Shown: positions 1 through 10,573, counted from the first letter of the stretch. The stretch: 64,000 bases of DNA from an uncultured Pseudomonadota bacterium (GCA_949295005.1 CASFJL010000001.1:4806-68805); one strand, 5' to 3'. Notes: generated by a model from the sequence alone, not told the origin. Numbers and translations are program-made.

Positions 1-272
1 TCTCAATTAATTTATTAAGTGGATTTGAAAGATTGCACTATTCTAATGAAGTTGATTTATTGGCAAAAATCAATCAAAATGTGGATGGAATATTACTTCA
101 AGACGGAGACAGGCAAGGAATATTTTTGCCGCAAAAATGGCAAGAATATCCGCAGAAAAGAGATTTCTTGAATCAATTAAAAATCAGTGCCGGATTAAGT
201 CCGTCATATTGGTCTAATCGCATTAAAGTATATAGATTTAGAACGGTGGAGGTTTTGATAAATGAAGATTAA
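1..272 (+). CDS. AMMECR1-domain protein, C-terminal fragment; the gene starts upstream of the window.
   Basis: Frame-3 ORF open from the window edge. The tail ...GIFLPQKWQEY...FLNQLKISAGL resembles the conserved AMMECR1 C-terminus (G-x-LLPQV...). The Met at 33 is internal. Confidence 0.45.
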   Translation, partial: SINLLSGFERLHYSNEVDLLAKINQNVDGILLQDGDRQGIFLPQKWQEYPQKRDFLNQLKISAGLSPSYWSNRIKVYRFRTVEVLINED

Positions 273-1974
273 AGGATATGAGCTTAATTTAAGCGAAGAA
301 GAGTTGGATGATATTTTTGCCAACAAAAGACGCCAAATAGAGTTAATTAATAAAGACTTTAAAGGTTACACAGATTTACCAGAAAGTGAAAAAAAAGCCA
401 TTGCACATTTGGTGCAAGCCGCCAAAATTATGAATGATGTGGCTTTAGAGATGGATCATCCACAAAATAAATTCTTTAAGCATGCGCTGGAAGAAGAGGC
501 CCAAAACAGTTCATATGCCGCCAAAGCCTTAAGATTGTTTAATTGCTTTAACGGGGTTGCCGGCTTAAACGGCATAGATCCGAAACCAATTCAAATTTTT
601 AAAAATGTTGGGGTTTTGAAGGGGCGCAATTATTATCCGCAAGATTTGAGCGTTGAAGAATTTCAAGAAATCATCAACAAAATGTTAGAGCAGGGAAAAA
701 TTACCGAGGTTAAACAGATTTTAAGCGCCAGAACCATGGTCAGACGTTTTGAAAACGAGTTAAGAGGCATTGATTATACCAAATATTTTGAAAAAGAATT
801 TTCAGCTATTGCCAACGAGCTGGAAGTAGCGGCTCATTATACCACGGATGAAGCTTTTAAAGACTTTTTAGGTTGGCAGGCACAAGCCTTAATCCAAAAT
901 AATGAAGATATGGATATGTTAGCAGATAAACATTGGGCAGTTTTGCAAGATTCTCCGATAGAGTTTACAATCAGCAGAGAAAATTATGATGATGAAATGA
1001 CCCCAACCATTTGCGAAAATGCCAGCCTTAAAGCAAAATTAGATGCTTTGGGCATAGAAGTAAATTCAAAAGATATGCTTGGTGTGAGAGTAGGTGTGGT
1101 CAATAAACAAGGTACAGACTTGCTCTTAACATTTAAGGAGCAAATGAAAAATTTGGCCGGCTTAATGCCTTATGCAGACAGATATAAACAAAATATAGCC
1201 TCATCAAATGATTTAAAACAAACCATGGTTGATGTGGATTTGATAGCCTTGACCGGAGATTATGCGCAATGCAGAGGCGCAATAACCACAGCACAAAATT
1301 TGCCAAATGACGATAAATTGTCTATAAAGACCGGAGGAGGCAGAAGAAACGTATATCACCGCCAAGTTAGAATGAGCCAAGACAAAGAAAGAACCAAAAA
1401 GCTTTTGAATGTTTTGGTGTCAAAAGAACTGCATCAATATTATAATCCTGAGGCTGAGCATATTTTTGTGATTGGTCATGAAAACGGTCACTCTTTAGGT
1501 CCGGACAGTAGTTTTAAAAATTCTTTGGGCGTATACAAACACACCATTGAAGAAAATAAGGCAGATGTGGTGTCAATTGCCATGATGCCTCAATATGTTA
1601 AATCAGGTGTGATTACGGAACAAATGCTTAAAGAAATTTATACCACATGGATTGTGCGCATATTCTTAAAAGCCAAGCCGCAATTAATTCAACCGCACCG
1701 TTTGGGAGATTTAATTCACTTTAACTATTTGCTTAATCACGGAGCAATACGTTTTAACTCAGAAAACAAATTAGAGATAGATTTTGCAAAGCTTCCTGAT
1801 GTTATGAATAAGATTTTGGCAGAAACTATTGAGGTTCAATTATCAAAATCAGCGCAAAAAGCCAAAGAGTTTATTGATAAATATTCAGATTGGTCAGATA
1901 TTCATCAATATATCGCAAAAACTTTGCAAGAATTAGGCTTAAGACCCTATATTGAAATTATTTCTCATTTTTAA
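262..1974 (+). CDS. Putative zinc metallopeptidase. It has a HExxH motif followed by EExxAD (gluzincin / DPP-III-like signature).
   Basis: 570-aa ORF with motif VIGHENGHSLG, then EENKADVVS about 25 aa downstream. No signal peptide. The start overlaps the upstream ORF by 11 nt. Confidence 0.5.
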   Translation: MKIKGYELNLSEEELDDIFANKRRQIELINKDFKGYTDLPESEKKAIAHLVQAAKIMNDVALEMDHPQNKFFKHALEEEAQNSSYAAKALRLFNCFNGVAGLNGIDPKPIQIFKNVGVLKGRNYYPQDLSVEEFQEIINKMLEQGKITEVKQILSARTMVRRFENELRGIDYTKYFEKEFSAIANELEVAAHYTTDEAFKDFLGWQAQALIQNNEDMDMLADKHWAVLQDSPIEFTISRENYDDEMTPTICENASLKAKLDALGIEVNSKDMLGVRVGVVNKQGTDLLLTFKEQMKNLAGLMPYADRYKQNIASSNDLKQTMVDVDLIALTGDYAQCRGAITTAQNLPNDDKLSIKTGGGRRNVYHRQVRMSQDKERTKKLLNVLVSKELHQYYNPEAEHIFVIGHENGHSLGPDSSFKNSLGVYKHTIEENKADVVSIAMMPQYVKSGVITEQMLKEIYTTWIVRIFLKAKPQLIQPHRLGDLIHFNYLLNHGAIRFNSENKLEIDFAKLPDVMNKILAETIEVQLSKSAQKAKEFIDKYSDWSDIHQYIAKTLQELGLRPYIEIISHF

Positions 1975-1977
1975 GAA

Positions 1978-2006
1978 AAAGGGGGAAATCTCCCCTTTTT
2001 TTGTGG
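1978..2006 (+). terminator. Rho-independent terminator after the metallopeptidase gene.
   Basis: aaaagggggaaatctcccctttttt is a GC stem followed by a T-run immediately 3' of the stop. Confidence 0.5.
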
Positions 2007-2081
2007 GAAAAATTTGTGTTTTGCTTGCAACAAAGCATATTCTGAAAGAAAATTAAATCTGTTAAAGAGAAAGGAGAAAAA

Positions 2082-2450
2082 ATGTTACAAAAGATTTTAG
2101 GTGGTGAATATGGCCTAGGAAAAACTTTTTGGAAATTTGGCATTTTAGGAATTTTGCTTCTCCATTTTTTTGTAAGGATATTTGATTTTTTATTGGTTAA
2201 ACAAATAGGTAATATAAGCTTAAAAGATTATTATTTTCACTATTTCAAGCCAATGGATTTGAATGTAGGGATAATATTTTGTTCATTATGTTATTGGGGT
2301 TTAATAGCATTTATGGCATATTATTCATTGGTTGTATGGCTTGGAATTGTAAGAACTTCAGAAAAATTTGAGCGCAGTGCTGTTTTGGTTTTTATTATAA
2401 AAGTTTTAATTTTGCTTTTTATAGCCATAAATTTCTGGACAATTATATAA
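2082..2450 (+). CDS. Small integral membrane protein, hypothetical.
   Basis: 122 aa with 3-4 hydrophobic helices. A good SD (aaggagaaaaaATG) precedes the start. Confidence 0.55.
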   Translation: MLQKILGGEYGLGKTFWKFGILGILLLHFFVRIFDFLLVKQIGNISLKDYYFHYFKPMDLNVGIIFCSLCYWGLIAFMAYYSLVVWLGIVRTSEKFERSAVLVFIIKVLILLFIAINFWTII

Positions 2451-2464
2451 AGAGGAATGGAAAA

Positions 2465-2622
2465 TGAAAAAGTTTATGGGCTTTCTTTTAATTTTAGGCA
2501 TTTTAGCCGGTTGCCAAATAAAGGTAGGAGAATTGCCGCCAGAAAGAAAAAAACTCTACGAAATGGGAAATGACATTTGTCAAAAAGACCCGACCCGATG
2601 CGTGAATGGTATTCCATGGTAA
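2465..2622 (+). CDS. Small lipoprotein (52 aa) with a signal peptide and lipobox Cys; not in the ORF track because it is under 60 aa.
   Basis: MKKFMGFLLILGILAGCQIK... carries a lipobox-like LAGC. An SD (aggaatggaaaATG) precedes it and a terminator hairpin follows. Confidence 0.4.
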
Positions 2623-2655
2623 AAAATAAAGGTTCCTAACGGAACCTTTATTTAA
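2623..2655. terminator. Bidirectional rho-independent terminator.
   Basis: aaaaaataaaggttcctaacggaacctttattt is a perfect 9-bp stem with A/T runs on both sides. It lies between convergent genes. Confidence 0.6.
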
Positions 2656-3545
2656 TACAAAGAAGAAATTTTTTGCTCATAAAGGGCACATTCGCTATAC
2701 TCTTTATCATCAGCCAAAATACCTTTGTTAAGTATAAATTCAGGAACTTTATTATTGAAAGATTTATATTTTTTAGCCAAATCAACAGCTTCTTTATCTT
2801 TTTTTGGAGAAGATCTCAAAACACAAGATTTTCCTTTATCTGTTATGGAATTTTTATCTTTATTTGATTTTTTAATATCTTGTGGTTCAATAGATTTTTT
2901 TTCAGAAGTTTTTTGATTTGGTACAGTGTTAATTTCTTCTTCTTTAGCTTTATCAATCTTAATTTCTTGAGGAGCTTTTAATATTTTTTCCAAAATAGAT
3001 TGAGTTTCTTTAGAGCGTCTATTAGTATAGACAATATTTTGTTTATCAGCCGGAAGCAAAGCCAAAATTTTCTCTAAATTATCCAATTGTTTGTTCTTTT
3101 TAATCAAATTAATATCATCAACAACTAAAATATTTGTTTTTGAAAAATCAAATTTGCTATTTTCAACTAAATCAATGAGCAAATCCGGAGAGCCAATAAC
3201 AACATTGGCTTCAGCATCAATATTTTCCTCATCATTTGCTTCATTTTTTTCATCAATTTCATGATATTTATTAAAAATTGACAGTCGATCAGAAACAAAG
3301 ACAGATTGTTCAGAATTAGGTGTAATAATCAAAATATTTTGTTTTGCCTTATTACTGATAATATCAATAAGAGGAAGAACATAAGACATTGTTTTCCCGC
3401 AACGAGCAGGAGCAATAGTAAAAATATCTTTTCCTTCCAGAATGGATGGGATAACGTCACACTGAACTGTTGTCGGCTCATCAATTCCAAATTCATGAAT
3501 AGCTTGTACAGTTTTTTTGCTTAAACCTAAATCAATAAATTTCAT
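2652..3545 (-). CDS. DEAD-box helicase-like protein with only RecA domain 1, degenerate motifs, and a Lys-rich tail.
   Basis: Q-motif (EPTTVQ) and motif I (APARCGKT) are present. Motif II DEAD is replaced by VDDI. There is no helicase C-terminal domain, and the C-terminus is K/E-rich low complexity. Confidence 0.6.
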   Translation of the reverse strand: MKFIDLGLSKKTVQAIHEFGIDEPTTVQCDVIPSILEGKDIFTIAPARCGKTMSYVLPLIDIISNKAKQNILIITPNSEQSVFVSDRLSIFNKYHEIDEKNEANDEENIDAEANVVIGSPDLLIDLVENSKFDFSKTNILVVDDINLIKKNKQLDNLEKILALLPADKQNIVYTNRRSKETQSILEKILKAPQEIKIDKAKEEEINTVPNQKTSEKKSIEPQDIKKSNKDKNSITDKGKSCVLRSSPKKDKEAVDLAKKYKSFNNKVPEFILNKGILADDKEYSECALYEQKISSLY

Positions 3546-3638
3546 AATATTCTTCTTTATAAAATGTTTAAAACTTATTGCGAAGTATTATGTATTTTGT
3601 TAAGATAGTCAATAACCTATTTACACAGGAGAATAGAA

Positions 3639-4184
3639 ATGTTGATGAACCGATATGATTCTTTATTGCTCATAATAGATGTTCAAGAGCATTTAGCCCC
3701 GGCGCAAGAGCATCCCAGAGATGTGATTAATGGCTGTGCATCATTATTAGATGTGGCTAAAAAGTTAGATGTTCCGTTTATTGTAGCAGAACAAGAGCGC
3801 AGTAGCTTTGGTCCAACTATGATAGATTTAAGAAGCGTTATGAAAGATGATACGCTTTATTGTGAAAAAGATACATTCTCTTGTTATAAAAATGAAGCGA
3901 TTCGCGAAATTATAAAAAAATCCGGAAAAACGCAAATTGTGATAGCAGGTTTGGAAACACATATTTGCGTTATGCAAACAGCTTTAGACTTAAAAAGAGA
4001 CGGTTATGAAGTATTTGTTGTTGCAGATGCTTGTTCATCCAGAAGTGAAATTCAAAGCACGTTGGGCATACAAAGACTATTGCATAATAATGTGGATGTT
4101 GTTACGGTAGAAATGGTCACCTTTGAATGGATTGAAAATTCTTTAGAGCCACATTTCAAAGAGATTTGGGATAAAAGAAATTAA
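3639..4184 (+). CDS. Isochorismatase-family cysteine hydrolase (YcaC/PncA-like).
   Basis: LLIIDVQ...IVIAGLETHICVMQTALDL...VVADACSS shows the typical isochorismatase-fold catalytic region. Confidence 0.75.
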   Translation: MLMNRYDSLLLIIDVQEHLAPAQEHPRDVINGCASLLDVAKKLDVPFIVAEQERSSFGPTMIDLRSVMKDDTLYCEKDTFSCYKNEAIREIIKKSGKTQIVIAGLETHICVMQTALDLKRDGYEVFVVADACSSRSEIQSTLGIQRLLHNNVDVVTVEMVTFEWIENSLEPHFKEIWDKRN

Positions 4185-4191
4185 AAATAAT

Positions 4192-4215
4192 AAAAGCTCC
4201 GAAAAGAGCTTTTAT
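4192..4215. terminator. Bidirectional terminator hairpin.
   Basis: aaaagctccgaaaagagctttt lies between convergent genes. Confidence 0.5.
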
Positions 4216-4580
4216 TATTTGACGCGACCATAATTATCTTCAAATCGAACAATATCATTTTCATCCAAAGTTTCTCCGGTCTGAATTTCAATAAAGACCA
4301 AGAGCTTGTTGGAATTATTTTGGATACGGTGTTTGGTTTCTGAAGGAATATAAACAGATTCGTTAGTTTTTTTAAGCATTTTCTCATCACCCAAAGTCAC
4401 AATTGCTTCACCTTCAACAATAATCCAGTGTTCAGCGCGAAAATGGTGTAGCTGAAGAGATAAGATGTTATGTGGAGTGACGCAAATTTTTTTAACACAA
4501 AAGCCATGACCGGCTTCCAAAACTTCCCAAGTACCCCAAGGGCGTGTATCTTTATCACCTTTTTTATAAGAATTTTGCAT
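4215..4580 (-). CDS. Cupin-domain protein (mannose-6-phosphate isomerase-like cupin_2).
   Basis: HHFRAEHWIIVEGEAIVTLGDE fits the cupin His motif and beta-barrel pattern. Confidence 0.7.
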   Translation of the reverse strand: MQNSYKKGDKDTRPWGTWEVLEAGHGFCVKKICVTPHNILSLQLHHFRAEHWIIVEGEAIVTLGDEKMLKKTNESVYIPSETKHRIQNNSNKLLVFIEIQTGETLDENDIVRFEDNYGRVK

Positions 4581-4677
4581 AAAATTATCCTCGTTAAATA
4601 TAAAATAACTTGATGAATAATAATATAAAGAATATAACAGAAATCACAAGAATAAAATTAGAGGTAGAATAAAAACT

Positions 4678-6942
4678 ATGCCTTCACCAGCAGTTAATAA
4701 AGCAATGGATATATTACAAAAATTGCGCAAAATAAGAGAAGAAGATGAGGCAATTGATGTAAAATTATCAAAGATAGTTCAAATGACGGCCGAGGAAATG
4801 TCAGCAGATTCAGCCGGTTGTTATATAACGGTTGAAGGAAATAGTTTGGCCTTGTGTGCCCAATATCACCTTAATCCGGAATTAATAAATAAAGTTGTTT
4901 TTCGTTTTGGTGAGGGATTAACCGGAGAGGTTGCACAAAATAACCGCACACAATGTTTTTTAAATGTAGACAACAATCCAAAATTAGAAAAAAAATCTTC
5001 TATTTATTTATCAGAAGTAAAGACATTTATTGGTATTCCGTTAATCAGATGGCGCAGATCCATAGGTGTATTAACACTTCAGCATAAAGAAAACCATGAA
5101 TATACTCCGTTAGAAATAGAAATATTAGAAACGGTTGCCATGCTTTTAAGTGAAATAGTTTCATCAGAAGAAATGGCAGAGATAAGAGATAAATTTGAAA
5201 AGACCTCTCATTTAAGCGATCGAGAAAAATTAAAAGGAGTGAGCTTAAGCAAAGGATATGGTTTGGGTTTGGCTGTTGTTCATCGTCGCAGACAAGTAGT
5301 TACCAAAATTTTTGCGGAAGACAAAGACAAAGAATTAAATCGTTTGGCAATAGCTTTTAGCCAAATGAATGCAGATTTGGAAGAAAAACTAAATGCCACA
5401 AAACTAGGTATTGGAGAACACGTAGATATTTTAGATGCATATAAGATGTTTGCCAGTGACAAAGGGTGGTATAAAAAGTTAGAAAACAATATTCAAAGTG
5501 GTTTAACGGCAGAAGCCGCTGTTGAACGCGCCTATGAAGATATGTGGAACAGATTATCAGGTACTACGGACGCTTATTTAAAAGAAAGATTGCATGATTT
5601 AAGAGATGTTTCAGATAGACTGTCTTCTTATTTGAGCGGAGATTTTGGCACCACTAAAAGCATAAAAGATCAAGACATTGTAGTAGTTGCTCAGACCATG
5701 GGTCCGGCAGATTTGATGGATTATGACTATACGCACATAAAAGGGCTTATTATTGAAGATGGCACGCCAACAATGCATGTGGCCATAGTTGCCAAAGCCT
5801 TAAGCATACCGGTTGTAGCAAAAATCAAAGGTATTTTTGCAGAAGTAAAAACCGGAGAGCTAATTGGTGTTGATGGTACGGATGGTTATGTATATATGCA
5901 TCCGTCGGCAATGGTGCAACAAAAGTTCAAGTCCAAAATTGCAGAAAAAGAACAATTGCAAGCCAAGTTGGCTGAATTAAAACCGCTTGCGGCAGAGACA
6001 AAAGACGGAGAACATATCAATTTATATTTAAACATTGGCTTGTCTTTTGATTTAGATTATATTGAGAGCACAAATTGTGACGGAATTGGTTTATACAGGA
6101 CGGAGATTCCGTTTATGGCTTCAGACATTATGCCAAATGTAGACAGGCAAATTGCTTATTATCAAGAATTAATGGATAAAGCCGGAGATAAAAAGGTCAT
6201 ATTCAGAAGTTTAGATGTGGGTTCAGACAAATTATTGCCTTATTGGGGTAATGTAGGAGAAGAAAATCCGGCAATTGGCTGGCGTTCAATCAGAATCACA
6301 TTAGACAGAAGAGCTATATTAAGAAAGCAGATGAGAGCTTTTTTAAGAGCGGCCGTTGGCAAAGAGTTAAACATAATGTTTCCGATGATAACCAATGTCA
6401 GTGAATTTAAGGAAGCAAAAGAGACTTTGTTAATGGAAGTAGAAAAAGAAAAAAAACGCAGCGCTCAAGTTCCTAAAAAAATAAATGTTGGCTTGATGAT
6501 AGAAGTTCCATCCATAGTTTTTCAATTAGATGAAATATTACCTTTGGCAGACTTTATCTCAATAGGCACCAATGATTTGGCGCAGTTTATCTTTGCGTGT
6601 GATAGGGGAAATCCGAGATTAACAGAGAGATATGATGTATTATCTGCGCCCTTTTTAAGTGTGATGAAGTTGATTATAGATAAGGCAAATCAATATGGTG
6701 TATATTGTTCTGTTTGTGGAGAAATGGCATCCAATCCAATAGAGGCAATGGCTTTAATAGGTTTGGGTTTCAGAAATTTATCTATGTCAGGTTCATCATT
6801 TGGGCGCGTAAAAAGCATGGTCAGAAGCATGAATGCACAAGCAATGTCTGATTATATAAACACATTAATAAAATCGAGTGCAAAAACATTTCGTCCACAA
6901 TTAATATCCTATGCCAATGATCATGGTATTGAAATTTATTAA
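4678..6942 (+). CDS. ptsP: Phosphoenolpyruvate-protein phosphotransferase PtsP (EI-Ntr) with an N-terminal GAF domain.
   Basis: 754 aa. The N-terminal GAF region is followed by the PEP-utilising enzyme phospho-His region and a C-terminal TIM-barrel (GxxGTNDLAQF...CGEMA). Confidence 0.88.
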   Translation: MPSPAVNKAMDILQKLRKIREEDEAIDVKLSKIVQMTAEEMSADSAGCYITVEGNSLALCAQYHLNPELINKVVFRFGEGLTGEVAQNNRTQCFLNVDNNPKLEKKSSIYLSEVKTFIGIPLIRWRRSIGVLTLQHKENHEYTPLEIEILETVAMLLSEIVSSEEMAEIRDKFEKTSHLSDREKLKGVSLSKGYGLGLAVVHRRRQVVTKIFAEDKDKELNRLAIAFSQMNADLEEKLNATKLGIGEHVDILDAYKMFASDKGWYKKLENNIQSGLTAEAAVERAYEDMWNRLSGTTDAYLKERLHDLRDVSDRLSSYLSGDFGTTKSIKDQDIVVVAQTMGPADLMDYDYTHIKGLIIEDGTPTMHVAIVAKALSIPVVAKIKGIFAEVKTGELIGVDGTDGYVYMHPSAMVQQKFKSKIAEKEQLQAKLAELKPLAAETKDGEHINLYLNIGLSFDLDYIESTNCDGIGLYRTEIPFMASDIMPNVDRQIAYYQELMDKAGDKKVIFRSLDVGSDKLLPYWGNVGEENPAIGWRSIRITLDRRAILRKQMRAFLRAAVGKELNIMFPMITNVSEFKEAKETLLMEVEKEKKRSAQVPKKINVGLMIEVPSIVFQLDEILPLADFISIGTNDLAQFIFACDRGNPRLTERYDVLSAPFLSVMKLIIDKANQYGVYCSVCGEMASNPIEAMALIGLGFRNLSMSGSSFGRVKSMVRSMNAQAMSDYINTLIKSSAKTFRPQLISYANDHGIEIY

Positions 6943-6989
6943 AAAATATGTAACAATCAGAAAAATTAAATAAAAAGAGGGATAAAAAA

Positions 6990-8060
6990 GTGAAAAAATC
7001 AAGTACAAACAAAACTGAAGAAGTGATAGACAATGTAGATGAAACATTGGCAAAAGAAAATCCAAAAACAGACAATGCGTCAGAAACCAAAATCGGAACA
7101 TTGTTAAAAGAGATGCGCACAAAACAAGGCAAAACATTTGCTGAAATTTCTCAAAGTTTGTGCATAAGAAAAGCATATTTAGAAGCAATAGAAAATGGAG
7201 ATTATAATAATATTCCGGAATATCCCTACGGAATAGGTTTTATTCGTTCATATGCAGATTATTTGGGCTTAGACGGCAACCAAATAGTTCAGATGTATAA
7301 AAATGAAGCAGAGGCAGATTTTAGAAAAAAACATCCGTATTATGTGATGGAGCCGCAAGCAGAGGCAACCATGCCTAATAAAAATTATATAATATTTAGC
7401 ATTATATTGCTTGTAATAATTTATGTAGCTTGGAGTCTTTTTAACCAATTTTCAGAAAACAATAAAGAAGAGACGACCGAGACCAACCAAGAAAATGTTG
7501 TTGTACCGGCAGAGAATGAATTTCCGTTAAAAATAGAAGATTATAGCAGTAATGTTCAAGAAGAAGTTGTTGCAGAAGAACCGGTACAAGAAAAAAACAT
7601 ACAAGAAGAACAAGTTGATTTAAAAGCTCAAAAACAAGAAGACACTCTAAAATCAACAAAACCGCAAGAAGAAAAATTGCCGGTTATAGATTTGACTTCA
7701 GAGACCAATAAAGATAGTCAAATAATGGTCACTGAGCAAAGTTTTGTTGAAACAAACAATGCAGAAGAAACTTCAGAGGAAAAGAAACAAGAAAACAAGA
7801 CATCAAATAAAAGCAATTTAACAATCAACTTTGTAAAAGATACCTGGATAGAAGTTAGAAATGACCAAACATTATATATAAGCAAAGTTTTAAAGGCAGG
7901 AGAAAGTTATACATTGCCGCAAGGAACAAATTTAAGATTGTCTGTTGGCAAGGCTGAAGGTGTAGAAATTATGTATAACGGCAAAAAAGCCTATGAGGTT
8001 TCTCCGAACAAGAAAATGAATATTTCAGTAGATGAAATTATAGCCAACGCGCAAAATTAG
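6990..8060 (+). CDS. rodZ: Cytoskeleton protein RodZ-like: HTH-XRE N-terminus, one TM helix, and a DUF4115 C-terminus.
   Basis: GTG start with SD agaggg. GTLLKEMRTKQGKTFAEISQ...YPYGIGFIRSYADYLGLD is followed by a TM helix, an acidic linker, and a C-terminal NFVKDTWIEVRND...LRLSVGKAEGVEIMYNGK. It sits upstream of ispG as in many bacteria. Confidence 0.75.
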   Translation: MKKSSTNKTEEVIDNVDETLAKENPKTDNASETKIGTLLKEMRTKQGKTFAEISQSLCIRKAYLEAIENGDYNNIPEYPYGIGFIRSYADYLGLDGNQIVQMYKNEAEADFRKKHPYYVMEPQAEATMPNKNYIIFSIILLVIIYVAWSLFNQFSENNKEETTETNQENVVVPAENEFPLKIEDYSSNVQEEVVAEEPVQEKNIQEEQVDLKAQKQEDTLKSTKPQEEKLPVIDLTSETNKDSQIMVTEQSFVETNNAEETSEEKKQENKTSNKSNLTINFVKDTWIEVRNDQTLYISKVLKAGESYTLPQGTNLRLSVGKAEGVEIMYNGKKAYEVSPNKKMNISVDEIIANAQN

Positions 8061-8077
8061 TCCAAAGTCACAGAACA

Positions 8078-8112
8078 GGAAAATAGCAGGAGAACTGCTA
8101 TTTTCCTTTTGT
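8078..8112 (+). terminator. Rho-independent terminator after rodZ.
   Basis: aggaaaatagcaggagaactgctattttccttttgtt. Confidence 0.5.
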
Positions 8113-8132
8113 TATACAAAGAAGGATAAACA

Positions 8133-9206
8133 ATGGAAAAAATAGTTCGTCGTAAAAGTCGTAAGATAATGGTTGGAAATGTTGCCGTAGGAGGAGATGC
8201 TCCGATAAGCGTTCAATCCATGACAAATACCTTGACATCAGATGCAAAATCCACTATTGAACAGATACAACGTCAAGAGGCAGTTGGTTGTGATATTACG
8301 CGTTGCTCTTGTCCGGATGAAGATTCTGCCAGAGCGTTAAGCATAATCACTAAGGCAGTTAAAATTCCGGTTGTTGCAGATATTCATTTTGATTATCGTT
8401 TAGGAATTTTAGCCGCAGAAAACGGTGCGGCTTGCTTGCGTATCAATCCGGGAAATATAGGCTCACAAGACAGAGTAAAGGCTGTTGTGCAAGCAGCCAA
8501 AGACCATGGATGCTCCATGAGAATTGGCGTGAACGGCGGTTCTTTGGATAAAAGATTGTTAGAAAAATATGGCGAACCCTGTGCCGATGCTTTGGTTGAA
8601 AGTGCTTTGGAACAAGCCAAAATGTTAGAAGATAATGATTTTCACGAGTTCAAAATAAGTGTAAAATCTTCCAATACATTAATGATGATTGACGCTTATA
8701 AAAAATTGGCCCAAGCTTGTGATTATCCGTTGCACTTAGGCGTAACCGAAGCCGGTGGCTTGAGAACCGGAACCATTAAGTCAGCCATGGGAATTGGCGC
8801 TTTGTTGATGGATGGCATTGGAGATACTTTACGTGTTTCTTTAACCGCAGATGTTGAAGAAGAAGTCAAAGCCGGATATGAGATTTTGAAGGCGCTGGAC
8901 TTAAGACACAGAGGTATTCGCATTGTTTCTTGCCCGACTTGCGCCAGAAGAGGTTATGATGTTCAAAAGACCATAGAGGCTTTGGAAGAAAGATTGTCTC
9001 ACATCAGCCAACCATTATCATTAGCGGTTATGGGTTGCGTGGTAAATGGCCCCGGAGAAGCCGGACACACAGACTTTGGTGTTTGCGGCGGAAGAGGAGA
9101 TGAAAATATGATTTTTATTGGTGGCAAACCGGCGCATAAAGTTAAAAATGCAGATATCGTGGATGAATTAGTTCGTTTGGTAGAAGAAAAAGTAAAAGTA
9201 GGATAG
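8133..9206 (+). CDS. ispG: 4-hydroxy-3-methylbut-2-enyl diphosphate synthase IspG (GcpE).
   Basis: [22 protein letters not shown]... with the C-terminal Cys cluster CPTCAR...GCVVNGPGE. Confidence 0.92.
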   Translation: MEKIVRRKSRKIMVGNVAVGGDAPISVQSMTNTLTSDAKSTIEQIQRQEAVGCDITRCSCPDEDSARALSIITKAVKIPVVADIHFDYRLGILAAENGAACLRINPGNIGSQDRVKAVVQAAKDHGCSMRIGVNGGSLDKRLLEKYGEPCADALVESALEQAKMLEDNDFHEFKISVKSSNTLMMIDAYKKLAQACDYPLHLGVTEAGGLRTGTIKSAMGIGALLMDGIGDTLRVSLTADVEEEVKAGYEILKALDLRHRGIRIVSCPTCARRGYDVQKTIEALEERLSHISQPLSLAVMGCVVNGPGEAGHTDFGVCGGRGDENMIFIGGKPAHKVKNADIVDELVRLVEEKVKVG

Positions 9207-9219
9207 TAAGGAAAATTAA

Positions 9220-10293
9220 ATGGCATTTGCAGAAAAATTAAGTAATGTTGTTAATCGACATGATGAAATTCAGGCTTTGTTATCAGAGCCAAATATAAGT
9301 TCTGAAGAGTTGGTAAAGTTAAACAAAGAATTGGCAGCATTAACACCGGTGGTTGAAGCTGTCCATGAGTTGCACCATGCAGAACAAAATATGAATGATG
9401 CCAAAGCCATGATGGAAGATTCAGATTTGGATAAAGAGATGCGAGATTTGGCTGAGGCAGAATATTATGAATTAAAAGAAAAATTGCCGGAGCTTGAAAA
9501 GCAAGTCAAAATTTTACTCTTGCCCAAAGATGAAGAAGATGAAAAAAACGCCATTTTGGAAGTTAGAGCCGGAACAGGTGGTGATGAAGCCGCTTTGTTT
9601 GCAGCTGTTTTGTTTGAAATGTATCAGCGTTATTCTCAAAAGATGGGTTGGAAATTTGAAGTTAACGATGTAACGGAAAACGAGTTGGGCGGATATAAAG
9701 AAGCCACGGCAAAAATTACGGGTAAAGATGTTTTTGCCAGATTGAAGTTTGAATCAGGCGCGCACCGTGTTCAACGTGTTCCTGTAACGGAATCTCAAGG
9801 CCGAGTTCACACTTCTGCCGCAACGGTTGCTGTTTTGCCAGAGATTGAAGAAGTGGATATGTATATAAATCCGGCAGATTTAAAAATTGATGTATACAGA
9901 GCATCAGGTGCCGGTGGACAACACGTTAACAGAACAGAGTCCGCTGTGCGTATTACCCACATTCCAACCGGAGTGGTTGTTCAATGTCAAGATGACCGTT
10001 CTCAATATAAGAACAAAGAAAAAGCCATGAACCACTTGCGTGCAAAATTATATGATATGCAAAAAGAGAGTATTGACTCTGCATATTCAGAAAAAAGAAA
10101 ATTGCAAGTTGGCTCAGGGGACAGATCAGAAAGAATCAGAACATATAACTATCCGCAAGGCAGAGTAACCGATCACCGCATTAACTTAACATTGTATAAG
10201 TTAGACGAGGTGGTTTCAGGAGATGCATTAAACGAGATTATAGATGCCTTGATAATGGAAGATCAGGCTCAAAAACTCTCTGAGTTAGATTAA
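9220..10293 (+). CDS. prfA: Peptide chain release factor 1.
   Basis: Has the GGQ motif SGAGGQHVN and the PxT-class RF1 signature, with full length in one frame. Confidence 0.95.
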   Translation: MAFAEKLSNVVNRHDEIQALLSEPNISSEELVKLNKELAALTPVVEAVHELHHAEQNMNDAKAMMEDSDLDKEMRDLAEAEYYELKEKLPELEKQVKILLLPKDEEDEKNAILEVRAGTGGDEAALFAAVLFEMYQRYSQKMGWKFEVNDVTENELGGYKEATAKITGKDVFARLKFESGAHRVQRVPVTESQGRVHTSAATVAVLPEIEEVDMYINPADLKIDVYRASGAGGQHVNRTESAVRITHIPTGVVVQCQDDRSQYKNKEKAMNHLRAKLYDMQKESIDSAYSEKRKLQVGSGDRSERIRTYNYPQGRVTDHRINLTLYKLDEVVSGDALNEIIDALIMEDQAQKLSELD

Positions 10294-10296
10294 AAA

Positions 10297-10322
10297 TAAA
10301 GCTCCACCAAGGAGCTTTATTT
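10297..10322. terminator. Bidirectional terminator between prfA and the XRE gene.
   Basis: aaagctccaccaaggagcttt hairpin flanked by A/T runs. Confidence 0.55.
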
Positions 10323-10327
10323 ATATG

Positions 10328-10573
10328 TTAGCAATGAGGTTCTAAAGCAAGGTCAATTTTCATATTAAAAGCTCTGGCAATTTGGTATATATTGCCAATA
10401 TTAAGCTCAGCCAAGCCTAGCTCCAGTTTTTCAATATAAGAAGCAGGCACGCCGGTTTGCGTGGCTAAATCAAGAATAGTCATTTTGTGTAAGCGCCTAA
10501 GAGCGATGATTTGCTCCGCAAGGGCGAGTTTTGTTTGTTTAAGGTTAAGACGAGCTTGTTTTTTGTTTAGCAT
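10328..10573 (-). CDS. Small XRE-family helix-turn-helix transcriptional regulator.
   Basis: 81 aa. LAEQIIALRRLHKMTILDLATQTGVPASYIEKLELG is a canonical HTH_3. Confidence 0.7.
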   Translation of the reverse strand: MLNKKQARLNLKQTKLALAEQIIALRRLHKMTILDLATQTGVPASYIEKLELGLAELNIGNIYQIARAFNMKIDLALEPHC

